This document shows, in pieces, positions 22,756-41,330 of a DNA stretch of 64,000 nt. The stretch's first letter is position 1, and each line of letters opens with the position of its first letter. The stretch covers positions 27,032,001 through 27,096,000 of the forward strand of contig NC_088806.1 in the NCBI RefSeq assembly GCF_011386835.1. The letters are read 5' to 3'. The notes under the pieces were generated by a model. It was given only the letters and a program-made list of their open reading frames with translations. It searched no databases and was not told where the DNA came from. This stretch comes from Chrysemys picta bellii. Taxonomy: Eukaryota. The position numbers and the translations under genes were made by a program.

Positions 22756-23683
22756 GTGCCGTTAAATGTATCCCATAAAACATGGCAATTTATGATTTGC
22801 ATTTCCAGAATTTTCAGCATTTCAAGTTGTAACCTGAACGTTACATTAACTTGTATTTTGGATTTGGTTAAACAATAGTCCTTAGCCCTGAGGTAGCACA
22901 TTTCAGCCTCAAAGCACTGTATAGACACTAACTTTTCAATGTAATAATCATTCTGTAATACAGAAATCACACGCCTGTTTGGCCTTAGGTTAATAGAGTT
23001 TTTCTTCATATAGGGCCTAATCCAATGCCCCCTGAAATCAGTGGAAGTCTTTTAACTGATTTCAATGCGCTTTGGATCAGGTCCACGCTGAGGGGGAGTT
23101 AGTTATCTAACTCAAGTGATACGTTTTTGAGGATAATCACCATACATGAGGCCTTGTAATGAGTATTGGGTAGCTACTGAGCTAAGCAATAATTGCTGAT
23201 CTGGCTGTCCATGTGGGTAGCTTTTATGCACCTGTTTAATTTTTAGTCATTGCTAAGTGTCCAGATGCTCACAAAAATTTACAGAAAACAAAGTGTTACA
23301 AGTGTCTCACTTCACAGATTCACAGTAACTGGTGACATCAGCACTAGTTGATGATAAGGACATGAGCTCATAAACATGATCAAATCAGTTTTTCTGGCTG
23401 CCTGCCACAGCTCCTGGTCCCTGCTCCTGCTCCATTGGCACAGCCCAGTAAGGTTGCACTCATGTCCACACCAGTGTGCTGAGATTCCTGTGTGGAACTT
23501 TTCTCTGAGACCCTTGGATGAACTGCATAGTTAAGAGTGGGACACGGGGTTTGTGATTCCAGAACAGTTGTTTGCCATGGAGCAGAGTCTTATGTCACTG
23601 GGCCCATCAGAGTCCACGGAGTCTGAGGTATTTTTTGTACAGGGCTAGTATCCATGTCTCCCTTGGCTCCGGATCCTTTATAG

Positions 23684-23991
23684 CAGGGGTCGGCAACCTT
23701 TCAGAAGTGGTGTGCCGAGTCTTCATTTAATCACTCTGATTGAAGGTTTCGCGTGCCAGTCATACATGTTAACGTTTTTAGAAGGTCTCTTTCTAGAAGT
23801 CTATAATATATAACTAAACTATTGTGTGTAAAGTAAATAAGGTTTTTAAAATGTTTAAGAAGCTTCATTTAAAATTCAATTAAAATGCAGAGGCCCCCGG
23901 ACCGGTGGCCAGGACCCTGGCAGTGTGAGTGCCACTGAAAATCAGCTTGCATGCCGCCTTTGGCACGCGTGCCATAGGTTGCCTACCCCTG
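23684..23991. mobile_element. Non-autonomous hAT (Charlie-like) MITE
   Basis: TIRs CAGGGGTCGGCAACCT / AGGTTGCCTACCCCTG; perfect 8-bp TSD CTTTATAG on both sides. Confidence 0.92.
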
Positions 23992-24869
23992 CTTTATAGT
24001 GTTCTTTTGAAAACATTAGGCTACTTGATTCTGTTCATAGACTTTTCTAGATTCATTTCCGTTTTCCATTCACCATCCACACATTCTTCGAATTCCTTCT
24101 CAAAGCTTCCTTCTTCCAAGAACCTCAAATACTAAACCATCTCTGAAAAGTCCAGCCCCCAATCTGTGTGTGTGGGGGAGGGGGGGCGTTATCTTAAGCA
24201 CCCAGGTGAAGATCACTGAAGAATCAGGGCCGAGGTTAGCACCATCCTTTGGACCTCCTGTTGTGTTCATGAGCTGTCCAGCTATTGGACTGTGTCTTCC
24301 TTTGTATGTTGTGTGGAGCTGAGTCCCTTGTCAACACCTTACAAATAAATTGTAATAATAATGATTTATTTTCTATGTCCAAAACCTCTTTTCTCTACAA
24401 AAGGGCCCAAACCAAAACTCCAGATCCAAACATTGGGATGTTTGAAATCTTCAGCCATGTCCCAAGATTCCTGCTCAGAACAATGTGGATACCATCTGTG
24501 TATTTTGCAGTTCTGAGGACACTGTTACTCACTAATTACAAAGACTAGAATTCTCCAGTGTTGGAATTCAGCTGCCTGAATTAGGATCCACTCTCAATCC
24601 CCACTCTTATTCACTATCACAATAAAATATCTGGAGACCTCTTCCTGAACTGTAGGGGCAGAGCCCTGGCAGATTCCAGCAGACTGTACCTATAATAATT
24701 AATAATTATAACTATAACTATAATTCCATCTAGGGGAGGAGGGTCTAGCCATATATGATAGTACTTAAAGCTTTCTGTGTGGATTACACAGTATAACAAG
24801 AATTGATTTTATGACAGCAACACAGTTACTGTCTGCTATTCTGTTTTGTGTAGCCTTCCAGCTACTATT

Positions 24870-26405
24870 CATAAGAACGGTCATACTAGGTCAGACCAAA
24901 GGTCCATCTAGTCCAGTATCCTGTCTTCCGACAGTGGCCAATGCCAGGTGCCCCAGAGGGAATGAACAGAACAGGTAATCATCAAGTGATCCATCTCCTA
25001 TTGCCCATTCCCAGCTTCTGACAAACACAATCTAGGGACACCATCCCTGCCATCCTGGCTAATAGACATTGATGGACCTATCCTCCATGAATTTATCTAG
25101 TTCTTTTTTGAATCCTGCTATAGATTTGGCTTCAAAACATCCTCTGGTAAGGAGTTCCACGAATTGACTGTGCGTTGTGTGAAGAAATACTTCCTTTTGT
25201 TTGTTTTAAACCTGCTGCCTATTAATTTCATTTGGTGGCTCCTAGTTCTTGTGTTATGAGAAGGAGTAAATAACACTTCCTTATTTATTTTCTCCACACC
25301 AGTCATGATTTTGTAGACCTCTATCATATCCCCCCTTAGTCGTCTCTTTTCTAAGCTGAAAACTCCAAGTCTTATTAATCTCTCCTCATACAGCACCCAT
25401 TCCATACCCCTAATCATTTTTGTTGCCCTTTTCTGAACCTTTTCCAATTCCAATATATTTTTGTTGAGATGGGGTGACCACATCTGCACGCAGTATTCAA
25501 GATGTGGGCATACTATGGATTTATATAGAGGCAAAATGGAATTTTCTGCCTTATTATCTATCCCTTTCTTAATGATTCCCAACATTTTGTTAGCTTTTTG
25601 ACTGCCGCTGCACATTGAGTGGATGTTTTCAGAGAACTATCCACAATGACTCCAAGTTCTCTTTCTTGAATGGTAACAGCTAATTTAGACCCCATCATTT
25701 TATATGTATAGTTGGGATCATGTTTTCCAATGTGCATTACTTTGCATTTATCAACATTGCATTTCATCTGCCATTTTGTTGCCCAGTCACCCAGTTTTGT
25801 GAAATCCTTTTGTAGCTCTTCGCAGTCTGCCTGGGACTTAACTATCTTGAGTAGTTTTGGATCATCTTCAAATTTTGCCACCTTACTGTTTACCCCCTTT
25901 TCCAGATCATTTATGAATACATTAAATAGAACTGGGCCCAGTACAGACTCCTGGGGGACACCACTATTTACCTCTCTCCATTCTGAAAACTGACCATTTA
26001 TTCCTACCCTTTGTTTCCTATCTTTTAACCAGCTACCAATCCATGAGAGAACCTTCCCTCTTATCCCATGACGGCTTACTTTGCTTAAGAGCCTTTGGTG
26101 AGGGACCTTGTCAAAGGCTTTCTGAAAATCTAAGTACACTACATTCCCTGGATCCCCCTTAATCATATGCTTGTTGACCCCCTCAAAGAATTCTAGTAGA
26201 TTGGTGAGGCATGATTTCCCTTTACAAAAAACATGTTGACTCTTCCCCAACAAATTATGTTAATCTATGTGTCTGACAGTTTTGTTCTTTACTATAGTTT
26301 CAACCAGTTTGTCCAGTACTGAAGTCAGGCTTACCGGCCTGTAATTGCCAGGGTCACCTCTGGAGCCCTTTTTACAAATTGGCATCACATTAGCTATCCT
26401 CCAGT
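24870..26405 (-). mobile_element. 5'-truncated, inactive CR1 LINE (ORF2 reverse-transcriptase region plus 3' end)
   Basis: Frameshifted ORFs 25558..26253 and 25118..25615 carry CR1 RT motifs (YLDFQKAFDKVPHQRLL, GVPQESVLGPVLFNVFINDL, RPHLEY-like [28 protein letters not shown]). The catalytic FADD box reads FEDD. Confidence 0.95.
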
Positions 26406-26855
26406 CATTAGCTATCCTTCCAGTCAGTGGAAGGAGACTCTGTTAAGAATCACTCGAATAATAACAGTAAAAGACTTCAAATAGGAGGTATGGTCTGAGC
26501 AGATGACATGGAGTTTGCAATTCACAAATTCTAATCCCAGCTCAGACAGCTCCCTGTGGCCTTGGGGGAAATGAGGATAATATTATTCTGAAGGGTCTAG
26601 TGTAGTTTTTGAAGCTTGATGAAGCTGAAGAGAACTAAGTGTTATTACCTAAGTAAGGAAAGATAAATTACACACACAAAAATTCAAACTAAAGTTTTTG
26701 CATCGATAAAATTAAATGGTGCTCTGCTAAATGAAGGGTTGGGAGCTGCATGGCCAGCTGCCAGGGTGGTGGGGAACGTCTTTCCAGAGCACTATTTTGT
26801 CTTTTCAGATATCAGGGACATCCCCAATGTGTTTTTGGGTTTCTGTTCCTAGGTC

Positions 26856-27080
26856 ATGTCCCTATCTTGTTTCTATAACCCTCACCATGGTTCCTTGATA
26901 CATGCCACCGGACATGCAGAAGTGTGGATGGATTGGAACAGCACTTCCAAGTTTAGCCAGTATGGCTGGAGATGCACCACCAATGAGGATGCTTACTCCA
27001 ACAAAACTCTTATGGGGAATTGGAACCAGGAGCGGTATGATATCCGGAAAATCGCGCAGCCCAAACCGCTTCCTTCCCAG
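26856..27080 (+). CDS. CFAP68: CFAP68 first coding exon
   Basis: ttcctag|GTC ATG TCC ... TCC CAG|gtacaa. Confidence 0.92.
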
Positions 27081-29632
27081 GTACAAACTTTCTGTTCCTC
27101 CTGTCCTTTCTATTGGCTTCTAAAAGTGAAATAGCAGATACCATCAAAAGTCCCAGCCTTACAGCCTCTTTCATTCACTGTATGCCCCACCCTTACTCCA
27201 TCAGCAGGAGCAAGGACTTGAGAAATTTCCTTTTGCTCTCCAACACCCAACCTCTAATTCATCACTAAAAAGGCCGAGTCTCACTCAGCTCTCAATCCTT
27301 TGGCCATTCTCAGCTCCATTCACTTTACTTTTACCTGGTTCCTGGTGTTCTTTCCTTTGCTGTTAATGTCCTGCCCCTAGCTAGTGACTCAAGGGCAGAA
27401 TCTATAAGCCACAAGTTACTGTGCAAATTCTGTTACTCCCTGGCAAAGCCAGTCAAGTCAGTTTGTGCCATGGTACGAACCACTCATAACTCAGCAGTGT
27501 TTCACAGGCCAGAGCTGTTTCTGCTTTGGACTCATGGTCCTTCCCCTCACCATATCACTGGGCTCCTTGCCATTAATGTTATCAGGTTTCATGTGACACA
27601 AACTATAGGCATGTCAGTTCTGCAGTGGCCTTACCCAGAGTGTAAAGAGGGATTATGATTTCAGATGCTTTGGTGAGCAGGCTATTCCTTTAACAGATAC
27701 GCAGTATTTTTTTTTCATTAAATGTTTGTTTACTTATATTTTGCTGCACTAAACATGGGCTTTTCCTTTCAGTATGCTCACTACTTTGAATCAGTTTATT
27801 CGTCAGATTACAACAAGGAAAGGCATCACGGCTCAAGAAGTAGGTGCATGGAACTGAAGTGTAGTCAGTTTGATTTGTGCGGTAGCTAAAAAGAAGTTTT
27901 TAAATGACAATCATATGCTCTGAGAAGAAAAAAGAGTTCCAGCATGTCCATTCCCTACTGAGTCATGCCCCTAGATCTAAATAGGAGCTCGTATTTCCAG
28001 TCCCTCAGGGTGTGTGGTGTTTGTATTTCAGGTGTTCTCTTTATATTCTTCAGACTAAGAGGCTAACAAAATCCCTATTTGTTGCTCCTGGCTCTCTGCC
28101 TTGTCAGTTTTAGACCCTTACAAACATCTACTTTGCAGAAAACAGCTCATCCCTCTATCTATTCAATCTCATTTTCTGGTTGTGTTTGACGGCTACAAAG
28201 ACATTTCACTCCAGCTAGGGAAATTTTGCTAATCTCTCACCTTACCTCACCTTACCTGTGACATTGTAGAAGGGACACGAAGAATATTCATATGGGCAGG
28301 GCCATGCAAGGAAGTTTCGCACCCTAGGCGAAACTTCCACCTTCCGCCCCCCGCCCCCCAGCCCTGCGGCAGCTCCCCGCCCCCACATCCTGAGGTGCCC
28401 CCCCCCATGGCCACTCCCCGCCCCTGCCCTGAGGCGCCCTCCCCGCGGCACCTCCCCCCCCCGGCCCAGGGAGCCGTGCAGCAGCTCCCCCCGCACACTG
28501 AGGCACCCCCCAGCGGCAGCTCCCCACCCCCTGGCCCAAGGATCCGTGCAGCAGCTCTGACCCAGGGGTTCCCCTGGGCTGCCGGCAGCGCGCTGACCCG
28601 GGGAACCCCTGGGCTGCCTGCCAGCGGCTTAGACTCCCTCTCCCTCCCAGTGCAGCGACTGCTGTAAAAAAAAAAAATTGGGGGCGCCACTTTTTGGTGC
28701 CCCCAAATCTTGGCGCCCTAGGCAACCGCCTAGTTGGCCTAAATGGTACCACTGGCCCTGCATATGGGTATAACATTTTAAAGCAGAACATGCTTACAGT
28801 ATCATCAGATTAAAGCATAATGGATAAAAACACTGACATTATGGGCCAAATTCTCTCTGGGGAGAGAGATGGGAAGGGAACAGAATTTACAAGAACAGAT
28901 CAAACTACTACTCCATCTAGTCTGGACTCCCTGATTCCTACCTGTCTCAGAGCACACCTGGCCTTTCCATTCCAGTACCCAACCTCCTGCCCTGCCAAAC
29001 CAGACCATGGCTCTGTCTAGTCATGTATCGCATCTTTGTCCATGGCCAATACCTGATTCTTCAGAGCAAGATGTAAAAGCTCCATAATGCACCTGTAAAC
29101 CTGGCAATGTTTCCAGAACTGTTGAGTGGATTGTTTGGCTTTCTGGACCTAGGATGGGATAGCACTTAGGTGCTTTCAAAATCCTATGCTATGGGACCCT
29201 AGCACCTTAGACAGGATCTTTCCAATGTGTTCTTCTAATAAAGTAACATGTCCAGGATTTATGATAAAACCCTGGACAGTGCCAACTGGCTGAGAGTGCA
29301 TAGAATCCCTTCAACCCGTGTTCAGCTTCCCTATAGGCTGGTAGAGGTTGGGTCTGCCCCTGGGTTTGTTCTTCCCGTTGTCTCAGCTGTTCTCCTGACA
29401 ATAGCCTTCTCGTTGCTTTGCCTTTAACTCCTCAGTTTTCTCCTTTCTGCTCTCAGGATTTAAACGAGAACCTCATTGGTTTCCTGGACACCAGCCTGAG
29501 CTGGAACCCCCTCCGCTCAAACCGACTGCACGGTCCTGCTACATGATAGATTACGGACCTCCTCAAGGCAGAACTCCCCTCATTTGTGAAATGCTGGGGA
29601 AAGAACAGGAGGGGGTGCAGCAAAAGCAATAG
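26856..29632 (+). CDS. CFAP68: Cilia- and flagella-associated protein 68 (C11orf1 / UPF0686), 155 aa
   Basis: join(26856-27080,27773-27839,29457-29632) = 468 nt. Contains SKFSQYGWRCTTNEDAYSNKTLMGNWNQERYD...QPKPLPSQ|YAHYFES...R|RFKREPHWFPGHQPELEPP. Confidence 0.93.
27773..27839 (+). CDS. CFAP68: CFAP68 second coding exon
   Basis: ctttcag|TAT GCT CAC TAC TTT GAA ... AGA A|gtaggt; 67 bp. Confidence 0.9.
28297..28760. mobile_element. GC-rich non-autonomous hAT element in the last CFAP68 intron
   Basis: TIRs CAGGGCCA / TGGCCCTG; perfect 8-bp TSD CATATGGG. Confidence 0.88.
29457..29632 (+). CDS. CFAP68: CFAP68 terminal coding exon
   Basis: tctcag|GA TTT AAA CGA GAA CCT CAT TGG ... AAG CAA TAG. 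Confidence 0.92.
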
Positions 29633-30924
29633 GAGCAGAGAGAGGCTGTTAACCTCAGCCATGTGGTTAGAATGACTCCAACCTGTCTGCTGCTAAGGGG
29701 CCATCCTTCAAGTTGTAAAACATTTCTGATATTAAAACATAGGGCATCAGAGTGACAAGTAAATGCTTTCTGAGGCTTATGCCCTACGGTTTGTCGCTCC
29801 ATATGTTATTTCTGCCTTCTGGCATTTTAATTTTTACCTTGTACAGAGGACTCTGACATTTCCTTTTGTTGACCGAGTGTGGCTTGACGTGGCATGGTAC
29901 CAAGACAAATAGTCCCGAGAGTGTAACCGGGTTTCATCAGCAAGTGGCTGCTTATAAGTGTGACCAGTTATTTTTCCATAAAATCTGATTAATTTAATTT
30001 TAATTTTATTTCTGTCATTTTAAGACCCTAGGGAATGGCACATTTGGCATCAAAATCTGTCACTTCTGAAATGTTTCGTGTGTCTAGTGAGGCGAAGATA
30101 ATGAACTATCTGAGAAAATGAAGTTTAGGCTCTAATAGAAATGTCACCACTCATACATCACAGGACAGAGCTGCACGTGGCAATTCTCTCCACTCCCTTC
30201 TGTGCTAGAGTTACAGACAAAACCGGATCAATGCTACCACTGGTTTCCCTTTGTCAGCATCCCTCGGGGTTGAGCTGCTGGTGACAACTGAGTAAAACTC
30301 TGTAGCGTTTTGTATCACTCTACAATCAGCTGAACATTTTATACATCAGCTGCTATTTATTGTTTGAAGGGCACTGGCTGCATCGTTTCAGCGTGATGTG
30401 ATTTGTACTGTGAGGGCAGGACATTTTTCTCTGCTGTTGCTGTAACTGAGTTTACAGCAGCTTTGCAACTGTAACCTGTGTCTGCCCTGAATTAGTTGCA
30501 GCTTTTGGACATTTCCTCACAACATGGGCCATTCTAGAGATTTCAGATACAATTTTCCTCCCTTAAGGGTCATCTAATGCCCATAACTAGAGTGGGTTTA
30601 GGCTGTCCTGGAGTTTTCGAACCAATTAAATTAATTTCCCCCAGAGCAACTTTTCTGATGTTTGTAAGACACATTCAGCAGGAATCTGGGATTTGTAGAG
30701 CTTTGATCCAGACAGAAATATTGAGGAAAAATGGATCATGCAACCAGGTGGTAGCAAAAAATGTCTGCATAAAAAGCAAAACCAGTGTTGCGAAGTGTTC
30801 CTTAGTGCCTCAGGCTGGGGGAGACTGGTTTCATGAAGTCTTACCAAGCTTTTCTATACTAGCAGTGACACCACATCTAAGACCCTAACATTCAAAGACA
30901 AAACCACAAGATGCTTATTTATGT

Positions 30925-30930
30925 TTTATT
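30925..30930 (-). terminator. CRYAB poly(A) signal AATAAA
   Basis: tttatt on the + strand, about 130 nt past the stop codon. Confidence 0.7.
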
Positions 30931-31058
30931 TGTTAGCAAATGAGCTTGTTCTCTTTCCTTAGCATAAATAAATAAGTATGGCCAGTCAGTACAGCATACG
31001 CTGCTTGCATCCAATGGAAAGGTTTTCCTGGATGGAAAAGTCGGTTTCAAACAGCTTC

Positions 31059-37438
<6,380 letters not shown>

Positions 37439-37508
37439 CTGTGTTTATCTGGGAGAAGAGTAAGAATTTAGGTGCAGCAGAGTTCTTCAAGGACTGGTGT
37501 GCCAGGGC

Positions 37509-37516
37509 TTTTTATA
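37509..37516 (-). promoter_or_regulatory. CRYAB TATA box
   Basis: GGGTATAAAAAGCCC on the minus strand, about 70 nt upstream of the ATG. Confidence 0.85.
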
Positions 37517-37548
37517 CCCACTGCCTGTCCAGGCCTCGCCCCCCCCGC

Positions 37549-37592
37549 TGAACTCTCTGGAAGGGTGATGTCAGGAGTTTTATTATCCCAGC
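37549..37592 (-). promoter_or_regulatory. CRYAB lens-specific region 2 (LSR2)-like element with HSE-like motif
   Basis: Minus strand GGGATAATAAAACTCCTGACATCACCCTTCCAGAGAGTTCA closely matches the mammalian CRYAB proximal promoter as I recall it (GGATAATAAAACCCCTGACATCACCATTCCAGAAGCTTCA). Confidence 0.75.
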
Positions 37593-37759
37593 TCTCCGTC
37601 TGCTCCATTCAGTAGCAGCCAGTCAATTATCTAGGGGATTTGAAAGCTCTGCTAAGGAGGAGGGGAAAAAAAAGTCTAATGGGTCAGCAAGAATCAGAGC
37701 TGCCCAGCCCCGCACCCCCACGCACTGTTTATCTGTAGAGTCCCCAGGCTTCGCTGATG

Positions 37760-37870
37760 TTCCCAGCTGCTTCAGATGCCAGGAGGATCAATGCAGCTCC
37801 TATCTTTGGCTCACACAGAAAGTGACAAGGGCCCGTTGTCTTCCTCGTGTTTGGAATCTAGTTCCTGAAG
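37760..37870 (-). promoter_or_regulatory. alphaB-crystallin muscle-preferred enhancer homologue (alphaBE-2-like block plus MRF E-box)
   Basis: Minus strand CCAAAGATAGGAGCTGCATTGATCCTCCTGGCATC...CAGCTG resembles recalled mammalian CCAAGATAGTTGCTGGCTCAATTCCCCTGGCATG...CAGCTG. GATA motif at 37800-37805, E-box at 37764-37769. Confidence 0.6.
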
Positions 37871-37979
37871 TTACACATGAGCCTAGAGATGGCTCTGACG
37901 ATCCTTACAGAAGAGCAGCTGCAGGCCTGCTTTAGTCACAGGACTTACAGCCAGAAAAATGCTGTTAGATCACGCTGTC

Positions 37980-38480
37980 CGTCCCAAGCTCCCGCACAGC
38001 TGGTATGGATCTGTCTGTCCTGACCCCTCCAGCCTGTACAGGTCTTCCCATCCTGACCCCCTCACATGCCACCTGGTGCATGTCTGTCCATCCTGACCCC
38101 CCTCCCTCCCTCCCAGCTGGTGCGGGTCTGTCCGTCCTGACCCCCCTCCCTCCTTCCCAGCTGGTGTGGATCTGTCCGTCCTGAACCCCCCTCCCTCCCA
38201 GCTGGTGCGGGTCTGTCCATCCTGACCCCCCTCCCTCCCAGCTGGTGTGGGTCTGTCCATCCTGACCCCCCTCCCTTCCAGCTGGTGTGGGTCTGTCCAT
38301 CCTGACCCCCCTCCCTCCCAGCTGGTGTGGGTCTGTCCATCCTGACCCCCCTCCCTCCCAGCTGGTGCGGGTCTGTCCATCCTGACCCCCCTCCCTCCCA
38401 GCTGGTGCGGGTCTGTCCATCCTGACCCCTCTCCCTCCCAGCTGGTGCGGGTCTGTCCATCCTGACCCCGCTCTCTCCCA
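37980..38480. repeat. 40-bp minisatellite, about 11-12 copies
   Basis: Unit cccagctggtgygggtctgtccatcctgacccccctccct. Exact 40-bp period from 38199 to 38439, with more divergent 41-44 bp copies to the left. Confidence 0.97.
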
Positions 38481-38966
38481 CTGTCTGTTACCTCTCATGT
38501 ATTAATGGGTATCCAATTTTTAGCTCTGTCTCTATTTTGCAAACCAGGAATAAAAGTAAGGTTTGAATCTAAAATGTTGATCATCCTCTCAGCAGTTTTT
38601 ACTAACTGGCCTCTTCCCTTCTCTCTCTCACCCCATGGAGGGGAGGGAGGGGTACCTCGGGACACAGGCAAGACACCCAGAGGGTGGACGGGCAGTCAGC
38701 AGGGCAAAGTGTATGTGTGAAGCTTCAACAGCTGCTGCTCTGTGCCTGTTCTAAGGGCGAACAGAGGATCTCAGCCCCCCTGTGTATGTCAGTCCAGCAC
38801 CTTTGTCTTTTCCCCAACGCTAAAGCCACTTGAATGGAGATTTAGAGAAAGGTGAGAGCTCAGCACAGTCTAGGTGTGACTTCAGACTCACATACATAAA
38901 TGGCACCACCTATATTGTGAGAGCCTTTAAAATGCACCACCATGCTCCCCAGACATGCAAGCTATG

Positions 38967-39000
38967 CATCTATCTATCTATCGATCTATCGATCGATCTA
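38967..39000. repeat. (TATC/GATC)n microsatellite
   Basis: atctatctatctatcgatctatcgatcgatcta. Confidence 0.85.
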
Positions 39001-41149
39001 AGGGCTCCAAAGAGCTGACAATCTAAGGAACGCTTATTGGATGAAAGGTGCTGTAGGGGAGCATGTTATTATTCCTAATAGTGATAAGCCATCTTCACAG
39101 ACAGGCTCCAGAAGACACTCCTCCTGCAATCTCTCTGCTTCCCCGGGGGAGATGGAATCTCATGAGTTTTAGCCAGGAGCAGCTATCAAGAGCACAGTGG
39201 AGGGAAGACCAATGGCACATCCAAGGGCCCTGCTCTTCCCTCTCTTCCTTCTTTGTGTTAGTGACTCCATGGTGTGCATGCAGCTCCTTGGGATGGATGT
39301 TGGGAATTAATGTGTAGCACCTAAAGAAACTCCCACAGTGAGACCCGGCTATGGCACAGCTATGTGCCATCCAGCCAGCAGAGCCACTGTGCCAGTCCTG
39401 AGCAAATCACCAGTTACCTTGTCCTGTGCACGTGTTTCTGCTGGTACCGCACCCAGGTTTACATCCAAATTTCCTGGTGCATTACCCCTGCCCATCCCTG
39501 AGCTGAGCCCTATTTGTATTCCTAGTGCTGCTAGGAATAAAAAGTGACTCATATAAGCCATTGGGTTAAATTTAACACTGAGTGAGTCTGATTACTAAGA
39601 CTAATCGAGGAACATGCAGTGATGGGACGAGTGCAGCCGCCTGTCATCTCGCCAGCTGCCGCCGAGCGTGACATCAATGCTGTATTTCTGGTTTCTATGC
39701 TTTCTGTTTGGGTGCCACACTTGTTCCTTCCTCTTCCCCTTCTTTCAATGGGTGTGGCTAATGTATGCATGCAGGCACCTCCCCCAAGGCACTACTGGGA
39801 ACTTCCTCCTGACAGTGCCCTGCCTCTGGTCTGCACACTTGTGCTCTGATGGGTTGGCCACCAGACGTTTCCCCAGAGACACTCGGATCTCCCTCAGTAA
39901 ATCCCAAGGGAAGAGTGTCCTTCCGTTACAACTGAAAGGGTTCTGCTGGGTGAGCTGGGGGCTCTCCAACACACCTCATGTAGGAATGGACAGGTAGAGC
40001 CCTAGGTATCTTGTCAACTCTTTGGGGCGGGGACAGTGGTTTTGTTCTGTGTTTGTACAGCGTCTGGCACAGTGGGGTCTTGGCCAATGACTGGGGCTCC
40101 TAGATAATCATATTAATAGGGAGCAGGCAGCCCTGCTATGAACTTCACTGGCTCCGATTCTGTGCTCACATATAGAAACTGACATAAATTCCATTGACTT
40201 TAGGTGACAGCAAATTCACACTTGCTCTCTCTGACTTATAAGTGAGTGGAGGCCATGCCCCCATCCAGAGCTATTTTCTGTGCTGGGTGCTGAACCACAG
40301 GGGGGAAAAGTTTCCCTCACAGCTCCAGAGTCTAGCTACAACTGTGCAGGGGGTGGCGGGGAGGTTGCAGTCAATCCTACAGCTTTTGGCAAGAGGGACA
40401 GCAGATAAAGGGAGCAGTAACAACCCAAGTTGTAGGTGTCGCCTTGAATTGCATATCATGTAAACAAGAAAGACTTGACACTGGTGCACCTGCTGCTCTG
40501 CGCTTTGGAGACCTGGAGCCTTCAAGGCAGCTCTAGTTTCTGAGCACAAGGGTCTTATGTGGGGACCAACCCATTCAGGACTTTAAAAACTGATCTGGGA
40601 CAAATCCAGCCCCCAAATAACTAAGGCCTGTCTGTCGTAGGCATTTCCACTGCATCCATCTCTATGCGGCTGAAACCCTGACACTAGAGTAAGGCCAGGG
40701 ATCCTTTTAGCCCATTAGTTTTTAGAAGCTCGTTTTCAAGTGAGCGCGGGGGTGGGGTTGGGGGAAGTGTTCAGACTATTTAGCACATGCACACAGAACT
40801 TTACACCTGCTGAGTGATGAAGAATCAATCCTGTCTGGTGGCTGCTCAGCACCTTTGGAGATCTGGCTCCCTTAGATTTTGTTAAACAGAGAACGATTCA
40901 TGAGGAAGCGAATTGCAGAATGGCCTTGCCACTTCCCACAAAATGCCCTGTGTCCCAGCACAGTTCTGAACTCCAGGCTAAATCAAGCCCAGGTGGAGGC
41001 TAGAACATTTGTTGCAACAATGTATCACTTTTTATTTAAACTTTTAGCCAATAAGAACACAACAGCCTGTTTGGATGCCAGTCTAGAGGTGTGTGGTATG
41101 TGAGGGTACTGGACAAAAATGTAACACTCTGTAAAGCATCTCCCAGCGT

Positions 41150-41330
41150 TAGCTAATTAATCCTTACAGGGTGGAGGGGTAGGCAGGTGGGTGTTATTAA
41201 CCCCATTTTGCAGATCGGAAGGGTATAGCACAATGAGGGGAAAGGCCACAGAACGCGTCATTGGTCAGAGATGGGATGAGAGCTCAGGAGCTGCTAGCAC
41301 CCAGCCCTGCATTCAGCATCTAGTACATGC
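41150..41330 (-). mobile_element. CORE-SINE (MIR-like) upstream of HSPB2
   Basis: ttattaaccccattttgcagat...aaggccacagaa...agctcaggagct. Confidence 0.5.

Noticed and set aside
37965-38498. Repetitive ORFs, or a CRISPR-like array, in the 40-bp repeat
   Set aside because: The units are contiguous with no unique spacers, and this is eukaryotic DNA. The ORFs are simply frames of the minisatellite.
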